Source: a virus
Lineage: Duplodnaviria; Caudoviricetes
Reading direction: 5' to 3' (one strand)
DNA: 64,000 bases
Virus record (IMG/VR): IMGVR_UViG_3300025168_000078
Span: 1,949 to 65,948 of that record
The first letter of the stretch is position 1. Each line of letters begins with the position of its first letter. This document shows positions 55,214 through 64,000 of the stretch, in pieces. The position numbers and the translations under genes are program-made. A model generated the notes under the pieces. That model had not been told where the DNA came from. It did no database searches and saw nothing but the letters and a program-made list of their open reading frames with translations.

Positions 55214-57055
55214 TTAGGTGTAAATAGGTTTAGTTGGTTTTTTAACTCTAATAACTATATCTTTCTGTGGCATTCTTATTTGTAGTATCTCATCAGGTTG
55301 TGCGAATACTGTGTCGTCTATAAGACCAATCTCTCTAGTAGAAGGGTTAATGTATGGTTGTGATGTTACTGATTCAGAATATCCATCACCCACTTTATTA
55401 TAGACTTTTAGGTCTACTACAGTTATTATCCCGATTTGTTTTTGGATGTTACCTCTCAGTGCACTAACAGATAAGTCCTTACCCATTTCCATTTTATCAA
55501 CAGAAAAATAATCACTTATTTTTGTTATTACGTTAGCAACAACTTCTCCTGGATTTATAGAACTTTCTACAATAAGGGAAGTTTCTACGGACAAATCTAT
55601 AACATTTGCAGAACCAACAACTATATAATCATTCATCATCCTATAATTAGATAAATAATTAGCGATATTATCTTTAAGTGTTTTACTAACAAAACTTGTT
55701 AATTTACCATCTGGGGTATAAGATAATATATCTAAATTTACTTTATTTTCTATTTCTTGTACACCCACTTTCGCGGCGGCTCCAAATGTCGCTGGCATCG
55801 TTCTTAACTCTGATATATAATCTTGTATGGTAACCGCTCTATTTTGTGCCGCAAAATTATATGATATATAATTTCGTATTTCTTCTGTTGTCATTGGGTT
55901 TGCTCCCCCTATAGCTGCGGTAGTGTTGGTTACCGCCAAACTTTGTTTTACCGACTCGTTTATCGTTTGGCTAGGACCTACAACCACAAAGTCTACAGTA
56001 CCTAAATTAGTTATAGCTCCCGCTCCAATATTTGATGATTGACCTCCACCTACTCTATATTGTATAAATAAGGTGGTGTTACCTTTAACCATAGTCCCTA
56101 AAGATATATTATTCATAAATTTAGACATATCTAGTTTAATACCTTTAGATGAAAAATCGTCTAGTAAACTTTGGGATGTGTTGTTCCCACTACCAAAGGT
56201 TAGGTGAAAAAATCCTTCTGGGGTAAACTCGGTTATAAATCTTTGGTCTGCTGTGATGTATTTCCCCACTTTAATTCCTGGTTTATCTGATGGGGAAGAT
56301 GGGTCTTCCACAAAAACTTCATTTTGTGCTAACGCATCTACTTCATACCATCTATCACTTACTGGAGAATTAAAATCTAGGTTAGTTGGTAGTGTTTGGT
56401 ACCCTAATCCTGGTTTTTGTATTACTGAAGTAACACCTATTACATTTTTTTCTGGTAAAAATAACTTATAGAAAGGTTTGTTTAGTGAGTCAGTAATTTC
56501 TTTCTTAAATATTCTAGTAATCCCATTAACCACAACTTCTTTTTTAATTATAGTATAATTTTGTATTATACCATTACCACTTCTGTTTGGTATCTTAGTT
56601 TGGTTTGGTATTCCTTCTGCACTATATTGTGAAGAGAAGTCACAATCATCAATTAATTCGAATATTTGTCCTCCGCCCCTAAATTGTGAACCTTTCCTTA
56701 ATAAACCCAAATACCTAAAATCTTCTTTATCACCCAATACTGGAACCACTATAGATATTTCACAAACACTTACTGAAGGTCTATTTCCTGGTATTTTTAA
56801 TGCGTAAGTTCTAGCTAAATTATATAAAGAACTTCTTTCTTGTGCGAATTGTAGTACTGTTTCTTGGAACGTTCTGTCTATTTGGAAATTTAGATTATCT
56901 GCTACTGCTGCGTTCAAATCTAAAAATACTGAATATATTGAAGCGTCATTAGCATTTTTTATTAAGTCTGGGTAGTAAGTGTTAGTTAACCTTAATAATT
57001 CATTCCTAATCCCTAGAAAATCCCTTTCTGTGTACGCTATTTTTTTATCTGCCAT
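55214..57055 (-). CDS. baseplate wedge subunit (T4 gp6 / baseplate J-like)
   Basis: YTERDF..IR..L, LQFAQERSSLYNLA, FGSG, YRVGGG, QNRAVTIQDY. Confidence 0.88.
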   Translation of the reverse strand: MADKKIAYTERDFLGIRNELLRLTNTYYPDLIKNANDASIYSVFLDLNAAVADNLNFQIDRTFQETVLQFAQERSSLYNLARTYALKIPGNRPSVSVCEISIVVPVLGDKEDFRYLGLLRKGSQFRGGGQIFELIDDCDFSSQYSAEGIPNQTKIPNRSGNGIIQNYTIIKKEVVVNGITRIFKKEITDSLNKPFYKLFLPEKNVIGVTSVIQKPGLGYQTLPTNLDFNSPVSDRWYEVDALAQNEVFVEDPSSPSDKPGIKVGKYITADQRFITEFTPEGFFHLTFGSGNNTSQSLLDDFSSKGIKLDMSKFMNNISLGTMVKGNTTLFIQYRVGGGQSSNIGAGAITNLGTVDFVVVGPSQTINESVKQSLAVTNTTAAIGGANPMTTEEIRNYISYNFAAQNRAVTIQDYISELRTMPATFGAAAKVGVQEIENKVNLDILSYTPDGKLTSFVSKTLKDNIANYLSNYRMMNDYIVVGSANVIDLSVETSLIVESSINPGEVVANVITKISDYFSVDKMEMGKDLSVSALRGNIQKQIGIITVVDLKVYNKVGDGYSESVTSQPYINPSTREIGLIDDTVFAQPDEILQIRMPQKDIVIRVKKPTKPIYT

Positions 57056-57056
57056 A

Positions 57057-57515
57057 TTATAAATTTATTATTACAAAATCTTTAGTCCTAAAAACCCCAT
57101 CACCAGCACTATAATCTATTCTAACTCGAATTGCGTACTCACTCTCTGATTCACCTATAAAATTAAAACTATTTATGTCTGTTATAGGGTCAGTTGTCTC
57201 CTCTTCTTCTAACCTGACGTCATCAGCTGTTTTAACCTCAACATTATTTACCACTAAATTAGGTATGTATTTACTTACCGCTTCTCTAATTTCACTGTCT
57301 ATAGCTATTTTAGTTGTTGTATCCATTTGTTCAAAAACATACTTAACCAAGTTAGTACCAAAATCTGGTAAAAAGTACCGTGACCCTTTTACCGTCAATA
57401 TAAGGTGTATTAAATTAGACCTAACTTCACTATCAGTAGTTTTGTTTAACCCTAGGAAAAATCCTTGGTCACTATCATTAAATGGAAATTTTATACCGTA
57501 TCTTTGGTTAGGCAT
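57057..57515 (-). CDS. baseplate gp25/GPW family protein
   Basis: GIKFPF, NLIHLILTVKGSRYFLPDFGTNL. Confidence 0.9.
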   Translation of the reverse strand: MPNQRYGIKFPFNDSDQGFFLGLNKTTDSEVRSNLIHLILTVKGSRYFLPDFGTNLVKYVFEQMDTTTKIAIDSEIREAVSKYIPNLVVNNVEVKTADDVRLEEEETTDPITDINSFNFIGESESEYAIRVRIDYSAGDGVFRTKDFVIINL

Positions 57516-57542
57516 TCTTTTTTATAATAAATACTTGGAAAT

Positions 57543-57749
57543 TTAGTTTGTGTTTTTATTATCTTTTTTGTATCTGGGCCAAAAAGGACAGTGTTTACAC
57601 CCACTACCACAACAACTCCCTCTTTTTTTATGATACTCTTCTGTCATTACCATATTACCACCATCCCAATAAAAGTCTTGGGGTTGTAATTTAGGTTTAA
57701 TAAATTCTTTATAGTGTAGTTCACTAATCCAATCGTCTCTTCTCGTCAT
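57543..57749 (-). CDS. DUF5522-like Cys-rich small protein
   Basis: VMTEEYHKKRGSCCGSGCKHCP. Confidence 0.75.
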   Translation of the reverse strand: MTRRDDWISELHYKEFIKPKLQPQDFYWDGGNMVMTEEYHKKRGSCCGSGCKHCPFWPRYKKDNKNTN

Positions 57750-57930
57750 TTTCTATTTCTTTTATTTCTTCATTATGTCCACAGTGGGGACATATTATTA
57801 AAATAGGTACCTTTTTTTCATTTTCTGGTACATTATTAGAAATTAAATGGTGGTCAGCAATTGACCACCATTTTTCACATGCACCACAATTAAAATGGTA
57901 CAACACTTCTTTACTAACTTTATGCTTCAT
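57724..57930 (-). CDS. small zinc-ribbon protein
   Basis: CGAC...CPHC. Confidence 0.7.
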   Translation of the reverse strand: MKHKVSKEVLYHFNCGACEKWWSIADHHLISNNVPENEKKVPILIICPHCGHNEEIKEIENDEKRRLD

Positions 57931-59830
57931 TTAATTCGTCAACTTTTTTTTTCTCAATACTTTCTAAATCAACATCTATTTCACAGGTTCCACCAGCACA
58001 AGCTAATTCACCAGATAAATTTGTATTGTCTTCTATTTCTATAACTTTTGATAAATCCACATCTTTAAGTGTTTCTAACATTTTTTCATATGTCTCTTCA
58101 TCTATATCTTCAAATGGAGCTTGTATATATGTCCCACCATTATAAGGTAATACTGATAATCCATTATAGTATTTTCTATTTTCCCACATCCATTCACCTG
58201 CTGCATCCCATTCATGGTCTCTTAAAGAAATGGTTGCTGATACATTATGGGTGTTTGAACCTTTTCTATGTCCAGCTTTAACCCACTCTTGTGCTACTTT
58301 TTTAACTCTTTCAAGTAGTTGGAATGGTGATTCGGTTCTCATTATAGAACCTTCAGGTGCCTTTTGTGGTATACCTATTACTGCGGTATCATGAGGCCTG
58401 AAATATTCATCTTCGACTAATTCTGGGTGGTGGATAACTAAATGGTGGTATATAGATTCATTCTTACCAACTCTAATTCTTCTAATGTAATAATCGTTAT
58501 GCCACGCATGAATACCTGATGAAGTTCCTAATGTCAATGATGTTGTTCCTGCAGGTTTAACTGTGGTACATCTTGCTGATTGGTTTATCCCAATTAGTTT
58601 AGACACTCTAGTATTTTCTCTCTTTACCAAACTTGCTGACTTTGACATATCATAGTCTAACACTTTACCAGAACCAATACCTGTCATTGACACACCAATT
58701 AAAGCATCTTTCTCTGTAGTCTCTTGCCATATTTCTCTTAGATAGTGGAAATTAGTGTATCCAGCCTGAAGTGTACCTATAAACGCTGCTACTTTTACTC
58801 TTGTATTTAAGTCTTCTTGTGATTCTATATTAGATACATTTACCTCACATAAGTTACAGAATTGGTTTGGTCTTAGTGCAATTTCACAACATGGATTTGT
58901 TCCCCAATCTTTATCGTTGTTGAAATAAATTCCTGGTTCACCTGCTCCAGATAATTCTACTCTTTTCCACAAATCCATAAAAAACTCTTTGGTGATTTTA
59001 TGTCTCATTAGACACGCTGAGTTGTTCGCTCTACCACGTTGGGAATTTAGTTCCCACCAATTACCTGTTTTACATGAAATCATTTGTTCATCATCAGCAG
59101 AAAACAAACTAATTAGTGCTGCTCTTCTGATACCTCCAGCGAGTACAGCGTCTGCAATATAACAGACAATATCATGCACTTCTAGTGTTGTCAGTTGGTC
59201 TCCATTTTCTTTTTCGTCTAATATTCCTTTAATTTTTACTAAACACTCTTTTAATGGTTGTGGACCCGGAGCTTTTCCCCCTGAGGTCACAAGTCTCGCA
59301 CCTTTTGCTCTAATATCTGAAAAATCAAATTCAATACTCGACCCACCACCATTCATATAGGACTTCATAAGAACTTTAATTGAGTCTGCCCATCCTTCGA
59401 TTGAGTCCCCGATTAGAAATCTTTTTTTTCTTTTCGAGTATGGTTTTTGGATTACTGGTAGTTTTTCAACATGGTGTTTTTGAACGGAGTAACCCACACC
59501 TGTACCCCCCAATAGTAGGAACATTGTTTCACTAAAAGAATCAACAGCTTCAATTGGTAGGTATGCACAATTATAAATTCTATTTGGGCTTATTTCAATT
59601 GGTTTACCACCGAATTGCATTGACCTCATTGATGGTAAAACTTTTTTATCGTACACAAATTCATATTTTTCATTTATTTCATCCGTTAATTCTGGATATT
59701 TTTTAATATGCATATTTTTATTACGTGTTACTAATTCTTCCCATGTCTCTCTTCTGTTTAATTCTGGTAAGTATTTTGCATACTTCATATAAACTGTAAT
59801 ATCCGAAAGGATTCTATTTGATACCTCCAT
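57920..59830 (-). CDS. nrdJ: class II (B12-dependent) ribonucleotide reductase, monomeric type
   Basis: PSMR, NCAY, GTGVG, TNPCCEI, FCNL, TTVKPAGT, C-terminal CAGGTC; no beta subunit nearby. Confidence 0.9.
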   Translation of the reverse strand: MEVSNRILSDITVYMKYAKYLPELNRRETWEELVTRNKNMHIKKYPELTDEINEKYEFVYDKKVLPSMRSMQFGGKPIEISPNRIYNCAYLPIEAVDSFSETMFLLLGGTGVGYSVQKHHVEKLPVIQKPYSKRKKRFLIGDSIEGWADSIKVLMKSYMNGGGSSIEFDFSDIRAKGARLVTSGGKAPGPQPLKECLVKIKGILDEKENGDQLTTLEVHDIVCYIADAVLAGGIRRAALISLFSADDEQMISCKTGNWWELNSQRGRANNSACLMRHKITKEFFMDLWKRVELSGAGEPGIYFNNDKDWGTNPCCEIALRPNQFCNLCEVNVSNIESQEDLNTRVKVAAFIGTLQAGYTNFHYLREIWQETTEKDALIGVSMTGIGSGKVLDYDMSKSASLVKRENTRVSKLIGINQSARCTTVKPAGTTSLTLGTSSGIHAWHNDYYIRRIRVGKNESIYHHLVIHHPELVEDEYFRPHDTAVIGIPQKAPEGSIMRTESPFQLLERVKKVAQEWVKAGHRKGSNTHNVSATISLRDHEWDAAGEWMWENRKYYNGLSVLPYNGGTYIQAPFEDIDEETYEKMLETLKDVDLSKVIEIEDNTNLSGELACAGGTCEIDVDLESIEKKKVDELNEA

Positions 59831-59843
59831 ATTTTATTTTTTA

Positions 59844-61223
59844 TTAATTATTTTTATTTATTACTTGTTGTCTTCTCTGTAGTGCTTGAGTGACCCTTTC
59901 TCTGTTTCTTTGTGTTTTTTCTTCCTCGAAACCTAAGAATGTTTGTGTAGTTTCGGTATCGATTTCTAAAGTACCATTATCAAACTTACAGTTTTCAAAT
60001 ATGACCCCATCTCTACCTAATCGGGATTTTACTATAGCTATTGTAGCTAACCCCATCTCTTTTTGTTGTAATGTTTTTGCGACTGATATAATTACATGAC
60101 CTACTTGAGCTTTTTTAATTGACCCACCCATCATATCAGTCGTTACGACCTCAGAACTTATAGAGGTTCTATTACCTTGTGTAGCTGTCCACCCCGCTAA
60201 GTTAAGTTCGTGACACATACCTTCAAATTTTCTCATAACAGAACCTTCACCTTTCCATTCATCATTAAAAGCTCTGTCTGGTAATATACAATCAATATAA
60301 TCAATTAAAATCATATCTAATTTAACTCCATCCGCTTCAATTTTTCTTACTTGATTTTTAATCTGTAGTATAGTCATTTCATCTGATGGTAATTTTTTAA
60401 GTATTAGTCTACCACCAGTTTTTTTCATTTCGTCAGCTTTTTCTAAAACTGTTTCTTTATGGTCACTTAGTTCGTCGTTGACTATTCCGGTCCAACAAGT
60501 AAAATGTTTTCTCTGTATAATTTTTGGGTTATCTTCAAAAAATATTTGTAGTACATTGTACCCCATATTAAAAGCTGTATTAGCAAATCTTGTTAACATT
60601 GTTGTTTTACCTACACCAGTAGGGGCTAATACAACACCAATCTCACCTTTAGCTAAACCACCATTTAGAATGTTATCTAAACCATCCACCCCTGTAGGTA
60701 GTGGGTGTCTATAGTCTTCATCTAGTAATTTATCCAATTCTGTAAAAATTTCAAAACTTCCATTATCACCGTCACCTATTATGATAGCTTTTCTAATGTA
60801 TTCTTCGCATTTATCATAACTTTCGAAATCACCTTTCTCCATTATACTTTCTACTTTACGAATAGCTTTTTTAAGTTCTTGTTGTTTACAAAATTTAATA
60901 GACTTTTCTTTAACGAATAAATGGTCTTCAAAAGAAGCTTCTTTAATCTCTTTTAACATATCAAATATGTTTTTTCTTGCCATTTCAGAAGAAATTTCTA
61001 TCCTAGTTAGTTGGTCTAACGCATCAAATGATGGTGAGGTTTCGTATTTCTCATAATATTCTTTAATTAATTGCATAATTAATTTAAAGTATTGGTTATC
61101 AAAATATTTAGCTAAAATAGCGTCTATTATAGACCTGAAGAAGTTATTATCAGTTATTATTAAATTTACTAGTTTGAGTTGAAAGTTATACCCTAGATAA
61201 CCAAAATTTTTATTGTCATTCAT
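59844..61223 (-). CDS. dnaB: replicative DnaB-family (T4 gp41-like) helicase
   Basis: APTGVGKT, IDYID, WTATQ, KSRLG. Confidence 0.92.
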   Translation of the reverse strand: MNDNKNFGYLGYNFQLKLVNLIITDNNFFRSIIDAILAKYFDNQYFKLIMQLIKEYYEKYETSPSFDALDQLTRIEISSEMARKNIFDMLKEIKEASFEDHLFVKEKSIKFCKQQELKKAIRKVESIMEKGDFESYDKCEEYIRKAIIIGDGDNGSFEIFTELDKLLDEDYRHPLPTGVDGLDNILNGGLAKGEIGVVLAPTGVGKTTMLTRFANTAFNMGYNVLQIFFEDNPKIIQRKHFTCWTGIVNDELSDHKETVLEKADEMKKTGGRLILKKLPSDEMTILQIKNQVRKIEADGVKLDMILIDYIDCILPDRAFNDEWKGEGSVMRKFEGMCHELNLAGWTATQGNRTSISSEVVTTDMMGGSIKKAQVGHVIISVAKTLQQKEMGLATIAIVKSRLGRDGVIFENCKFDNGTLEIDTETTQTFLGFEEEKTQRNRERVTQALQRRQQVINKNN

Positions 61224-61253
61224 ATATTAATTTCTTTATTAATAAATACCTTA

Positions 61254-61703
61254 TTAATTATTAATTAAACTATAATCTTGGTAGTATGTTGTAACTTTCT
61301 TATCCGATAGTAAGTTGGTTAGTTCTCCCAATATGGTTGTCATTTTTGGTCTTATGTCCACCGTAAATCTAACCTTAGGGGGGTATACTTTAGCTAGAAA
61401 AATTCTAGTGTAGACCACTTGGTTACCTTTTTTAATTGTTAGAGCGAAGTAATCTTCTTCTGTGTTGGTGTCTATATTATTATTTCTATAGTTACTGTCT
61501 AGTAAAAATAACGTTTTACGTTTTAATTCCTCTTCTAACTCATCTTTTAGATTTGTAATATAGTGGTGTAGGTCTAGTGAGTGCGCAGCTGAGTAATTGA
61601 AGTCTCTAACTGTGAAATATCTTTGACATACTATATTCTTTCCTAATGTTAGTACAAATTCACATTTTTGTATATTTTCTGTTTTTTGTTTCATTTTATT
61701 CAT
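61254..61703 (-). CDS. hypothetical protein
   Basis: NIVCQRYF and YPPKVRFTVDIR; lies between exonuclease and helicase. Confidence 0.8.
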   Translation of the reverse strand: MNKMKQKTENIQKCEFVLTLGKNIVCQRYFTVRDFNYSAAHSLDLHHYITNLKDELEEELKRKTLFLLDSNYRNNNIDTNTEEDYFALTIKKGNQVVYTRIFLAKVYPPKVRFTVDIRPKMTTILGELTNLLSDKKVTTYYQDYSLINN

Positions 61704-62700
61704 TTATTTTATTTTTATAAAAATCTTTTTCTATTCTTGTTAATCTTAAAAATGGCCTTACAAAATCTACCCAAGCATCATCTTTCTTAGGTAAAATATT
61801 AAGAATTCCATCTGACATCATCAAGCCTAGAGCGTTTTTCCAGTGTCTTCCTGTTGGGTCTATGGCTTCTTTTGATAATCCTTTTATTCCTTCTATAGCT
61901 TCTTCTGTTAAAAATTGTTCACCAATACCTATAATAGTGTGGTTGATGTATAATATGTTTTGTTGTTGTTTGTTTTGTGTTATACCATTTATGATATTTT
62001 TTTCTTTTTGTGTGGGTTTGTCTTTTTCGTTGATTGTGTCTATGACTTGTTTTAGTGTAACTTTTCCTTCTAGTATTTCCGGTTTTATTTTTATTAACGA
62101 TTTTACCCCTACCATTTTTATACCGTATATATTATCCGAAGAGTCACCACAAATAGTTTTAACCAACCTTACATTGTTGTGAGGTATATTTATGCCGTTT
62201 AATGGTACCATATCCCCATATTTAAATAACTTATTTAATGAAATTATGTATAACGACACTGTTGGGGATATGAGTTGTAATAGGTCTCTATCCGAGGTAA
62301 GAATAATAATTTCCTCATCTTTAGATTTGTCACAATAATAACCTATACAATCATCTGCTTCACATAAATCAAACGTAGAATGTCTAACGTAAAGTTCTTC
62401 TAGATATTCTTGTACACGTAATTTTTGTCTAGAGTAGGATTGTAGGTCATCTTCCGATTTCTTTTTTAATCTTCTATTTAATTTATAATCTGGGTATAAT
62501 TTAAGACGTGGGTGTGTATTTTCTTTACCATCCCAAAACACAACAACCTTTGTTATGAGATAACTATCAATGTGTTTTCTTAGGTTGTTTAAAAAATGAT
62601 ACAGACCACCTATGTGGTCTGCACCATTATACATATTTTTTATACCATGAAAACCCGTACTTAATAAAGAATTTCCGTCAACTAATAATGTTCTTGTCAA
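61696..62700 (-). CDS. 5'-3' exonuclease / flap endonuclease (Pol I N-terminal, T4 RNase H-like)
   Basis: LLVDGNSL, FWDG, YKLNR, EADD, SDRDLLQL, GDSSDNI; TTG start. Confidence 0.92.
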   Translation of the reverse strand: MTRTLLVDGNSLLSTGFHGIKNMYNGADHIGGLYHFLNNLRKHIDSYLITKVVVFWDGKENTHPRLKLYPDYKLNRRLKKKSEDDLQSYSRQKLRVQEYLEELYVRHSTFDLCEADDCIGYYCDKSKDEEIIILTSDRDLLQLISPTVSLYIISLNKLFKYGDMVPLNGINIPHNNVRLVKTICGDSSDNIYGIKMVGVKSLIKIKPEILEGKVTLKQVIDTINEKDKPTQKEKNIINGITQNKQQQNILYINHTIIGIGEQFLTEEAIEGIKGLSKEAIDPTGRHWKNALGLMMSDGILNILPKKDDAWVDFVRPFLRLTRIEKDFYKNKINE

Positions 62701-62731
62701 AACACACTTTTAAAAGGTTAAACAATTTTTT

Positions 62732-63169
62732 TTACTTTACTACTTCTAATAACTCAATTTCAAAATTTAAATCTTCACCAGCTAGTGGGTGATTCATATT
62801 TAAATTGATGTCCTCTTCATTAATTTTAACTATCTGTCCTTGTACTGGTCTATCTTCTGCATCCTTACCTTGTACAAACCCTTCTAGTTGGAAATCCATG
62901 TCTTGTGGGAAGTCACTCTTAGGTACTGTTATTACAGCTTCTTCCATATACTTACCGTAAGCTTTTTCTGATTTTATTTCTACATTAACTTTTTCACCAA
63001 CATTTAATTTTTTTACCGCATCATTAAACCCCATAAGTAAGTTTCCGTCATCAATAACAAATTCTAACCCACTTTCTCCTCTATCTCTAGAGTCATCAAA
63101 TTTGGTACCGTCTCCTAAAGTGCCTACATAATGTACTTTTACTTTGTCTCCTGTTTTTAATTTAGTCAT
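62732..63169 (-). CDS. slyD: FKBP-type peptidyl-prolyl isomerase (SlyD-like, no His-rich tail)
   Basis: VKVHYVGTL.DGTKFD, AYG, NHPLAGEDLNFEIEL. Confidence 0.92.
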   Translation of the reverse strand: MTKLKTGDKVKVHYVGTLGDGTKFDDSRDRGESGLEFVIDDGNLLMGFNDAVKKLNVGEKVNVEIKSEKAYGKYMEEAVITVPKSDFPQDMDFQLEGFVQGKDAEDRPVQGQIVKINEEDINLNMNHPLAGEDLNFEIELLEVVK

Positions 63170-63998
63170 TTTCTTTTTCTATTTTTAAGTCGAAATCGCC
63201 ACCGGACCCCAATTGGTTAGTCCAAAATGTAGCATATTCTTGTTTATATTTTTCAATTGATTTTTTTTCTTCTACCGCTTCTCTTCCAGAAACAAACCCA
63301 TGTGGAGTTATTAAAATTTTACCATCCTCATAACCCAAACCATTTACGTGATTTTTCATAATGGTTATTTTTGTCCTGGTGGCAAATTTTACTTTTCTTT
63401 TATCTCTAACAGCAGAAATATTTGTTGTCCCCGCATTTTTTTGGTTTCCAAACCTAAAAACTAAAGTGGAGTTTAACCATAAAGATTCTCCTCCTTTTGC
63501 CTTAATTTTTGGTTGTCCAAATGGGTTGTCTGGTAGTTCTACCCATGGTTGATTTACCACTACTAGTGTATTTGTGTATTTAGAATCCTGTCTTCTTGAT
63601 TTACCTATTCTTTGGTTTAACCCCATACCTATTTTGTCAGCTAAGGTAGCTGCGTTATGCATTTTACCACCTTTACCATCAAATGTCATTTTACATGGTA
63701 CGGAACCAACAGAATCCCACAAAAATAATAAATCGTATTCTAATTCTCCCTTATCTTGAGCATCTAACAACTCGTTTACGTAATCAGTTATTTGTTCTAT
63801 ATACTGAAAATCGTTATTGAATAGGAAGAATCCGTCCCAGTCTACTTCACCGGTAGTTTTGTCCACAACTTCTTCACAATCAAAACCCAAAAGTTTAGCG
63901 TGTTCAAACCCCCATTTTTGTTCGGTAATAATTAGTACTGGTAAAATACCCTTACTTTGTGCATCAACAGCTGATTTTATTAGAGCTGTAGTTTTACC
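63162..63998 (-). CDS. recA: RecA/UvsX recombinase (N-terminus beyond window)
   Basis: Frame extends upstream of the track ORF to the edge: GKTTALIKSAVDAQSKGILPVLIITEQKW; also WDSVGS, VNQ, KGG. Confidence 0.85.
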   Translation of the reverse strand, partial: GKTTALIKSAVDAQSKGILPVLIITEQKWGFEHAKLLGFDCEEVVDKTTGEVDWDGFFLFNNDFQYIEQITDYVNELLDAQDKGELEYDLLFLWDSVGSVPCKMTFDGKGGKMHNAATLADKIGMGLNQRIGKSRRQDSKYTNTLVVVNQPWVELPDNPFGQPKIKAKGGESLWLNSTLVFRFGNQKNAGTTNISAVRDKRKVKFATRTKITIMKNHVNGLGYEDGKILITPHGFVSGREAVEEKKSIEKYKQEYATFWTNQLGSGGDFDLKIEKEND

Positions 63999-64000
63999 GG

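Noticed and set aside
55214-57515. Bacterial T6SS or extracellular contractile injection system
   Set aside because: Flanked by phage replication genes, with no secretion-system membrane or ATPase components.
913-63759. Many 60-184 aa plus-strand ORFs in the track (e.g. 12174-12728, 16576-17001, 43197-43607)
   Set aside because: They are antisense shadows of long minus-strand genes, mostly F/L/S/I-rich, with no motifs.
57920-63998. Inteins or introns in RNR, helicase or RecA
   Set aside because: Lengths are normal and no splice-junction or homing endonuclease motifs were seen.
1-64000. Stop-codon reassignment, as in some large Bacteroidota phages
   Set aside because: Standard-code ORFs are long and tile the window; TAG terminates genes normally (e.g. 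at 3320).
1-64000. tRNAs, rRNAs and intrinsic terminators
   Set aside because: Intergenic gaps are short and AT-rich; no cloverleaf or convincing GC hairpin plus U-tract was seen by eye.

Overview
An AT-rich, gene-dense 64 kb segment of a large (jumbo-type) myovirus-like bacteriophage, almost entirely coded on the minus strand. A Bacteroidota host is inferred from a Bacteroidetes-type sigma factor, a TTTG-N20-TATCTTTG promoter, an SprB repeat, an Hc1/histone-H1-like gene and the absence of Shine-Dalgarno motifs. From right to left it holds a replication block (RecA/UvsX, SlyD-type PPIase, 5'-3' exonuclease, DnaB/gp41 helicase, class II ribonucleotide reductase) and a ~36 kb baseplate/fibre block. 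That block contains gp25- and gp6-like wedge genes, a 2837-aa Cys/Pro-rich repeat protein with CBM5/12-like modules, an SprB-repeat protein, a dockerin-bearing protein and tail-collar-like paralogues. Further left are RuvC-like resolvase, primase, PD-(D/E)XK nuclease, a separated SbcD/SbcC pair with sugar-modification and M23 genes between them, glutaredoxin, a sigma-70 factor, a probable lysis cluster, putative head proteins, DnaJ and a truncated DUF4338-like gene. Three genes missing from the ORF track were read by hand. Two recurrent upstream motifs were seen: TATTTAT(A) and a TTGA(C/T/A)-N17-TAnnnT promoter 6-7 nt before ATG. No tRNA, CRISPR array or mobile element was seen. Family assignments come from motif recognition by eye, not database searches.
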